The position numbers and the translations under genes are program-made. A stretch of 48,337 bases of DNA from Chromera velia (Eukaryota), in contig JAHBMJ010000407.1 in assembly GCA_018398765.1 (NCBI GenBank), positions 1 through 48,337 of the forward strand, given 5' to 3'. The notes below the pieces were generated by a model. That model was not told where the DNA came from. It was given only the letters and a program-made list of their open reading frames with translations, and searched no databases. Shown here piece by piece: positions 47,143 to 48,337 of this stretch (positions within the stretch are counted from its first letter, which is position 1; each line of letters opens with the position of its first letter).

Positions 47143-47936
47143 TCATGGCTCACTTTAGAGTCATGTAGCGTCAACGCATCGTATTGTACTGGGTATTGTA
47201 CCGATCGTTGTTACAAAGTTGTACAAACACAACCAAAATGTATACGTGTACAACAATTTTTTGTGCATTAATTGAGTTAAACCTAGTGCACAATAGAATC
47301 AAAATAGAATATTGAATGAAGGAAAACTATAGGTGCATTGATTATACTGCCAGTGTCATATTATGATACGATATTCTTTAATCATTTACATTTTTTTATT
47401 TATGTCTCGATGTACCGTCAGTTGAAGCAGTACGTTAATTTGCTTTGTACATCAATTTTGAATATTAGTATATTTGATCCATCATCATTATATGCCATCG
47501 TTGTCTGCCTAGACTAGTGGCCTAGCCTTCGAGGCTTCCAACGTTTGGCAAGAGATAAGCTTGGCAGCCCTCCCCCAAAGGAGAAAGCACACGTAAAAAC
47601 ACGACAAATGATCCCCAGCGGCTCAAAAGGGGCTTGTCCTGAACTATGAGAAAAGGTCGGCTTTAAACGCTGGTCTGCAGGATTAAAAGATGGCCGCGGG
47701 CTAGGCCGGGGGGAGCTAAGCTACCCACCTTCTTCTATTCTATCTCTCTTTTTTTCTCTTTTTCTTCATTTTCTTTGCTTTTCCCTGACCGGTGTTCGTA
47801 TACTGCAAAGATGTTTAGTCACTTGTGATTAGAATATATTTAATTATCCCATGAAGTGATTGAATGTGATTGAATAAAGTGATTAATTAGCCAAAGTCCG
47901 ATTTTTACTAGTCTTTAATACCTTAGTAGTGACCAT

Positions 47937-47982
47937 GTTTGATTTGATTATATTTGATTTGATTTGATTTGATTTGATTTGA
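47937..47982. repeat. (GATTT)n tandem repeat in the AT-rich terminal segment
   Basis: Direct reading. Confidence 0.8.
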
Positions 47983-48337
47983 GCTTCAACCTCAAATATT
48001 TGATATTTGAGGTAAGATTTGAGGTTAACCTCTTAGGGTTCCTCACTGAGTCACTGACTTACTGTCACTCTGATCATTTTTCTCATGACAATAGTTATCA
48101 GAACATTTCTGATGTATGTTTCAAAAATTTAAAAAAATATATATAAAATTATAACTTATCAGTTCCATAAAAAAAATATGCCTGTGTGGCAGTGTATATA
48201 CACTAGTCACTGAGACTCACTCTAGTACTAATAGAGATTAAGAACGTAAAATTGATAGATTTGAAATTGCATATGACTTTTTGTTGATACGATAAAGTTA
48301 GAGCACGTACCAAAATTGAGGTGACAATCACTCAGCT

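Noticed and set aside
1..48337. CRISPR arrays, rRNA or tRNA genes
   Set aside because: No repeat-spacer periodicity and no recognisable RNA gene; the sequence is spliced eukaryotic DNA.

Overview
Eukaryotic, intron-rich genomic DNA. GTCAGT-type donors, microsatellite-filled introns and the LRR family point to a chromerid alveolate such as Chromera velia; this is an inference. There are three apparently intact spliced host genes: an HSP110-type chaperone (5' part, minus strand), a 9-exon TTLL4/5-like tubulin glutamylase (minus) and V-ATPase subunit F (plus). Between them lie nested and decayed elements: a pol-less gag-like pseudogene, a chromodomain Ty3/Gypsy element (5-bp TSD) whose 3' LTR is split by a TIR transposon with an 8-bp TSD, an LRR pseudogene, a 5'-truncated CRE-like RLE non-LTR retrotransposon, and a two-ORF Penelope-like element with an N-terminal GIY-YIG domain sitting inside a second TIR element. 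Two observations stand out. First, repeated DNA shows an almost pure C>T/G>A mutation pattern, much of it at CpA and CpG (about 54 of 56 mismatches in four repeat pairs by manual count, plus many stop codons with few or no frameshifts), resembling RIP in an apparently non-fungal genome. Second, the Penelope-like element carries an extra ~439-codon ORF1 of unknown function. All alignments and counts were done by eye.
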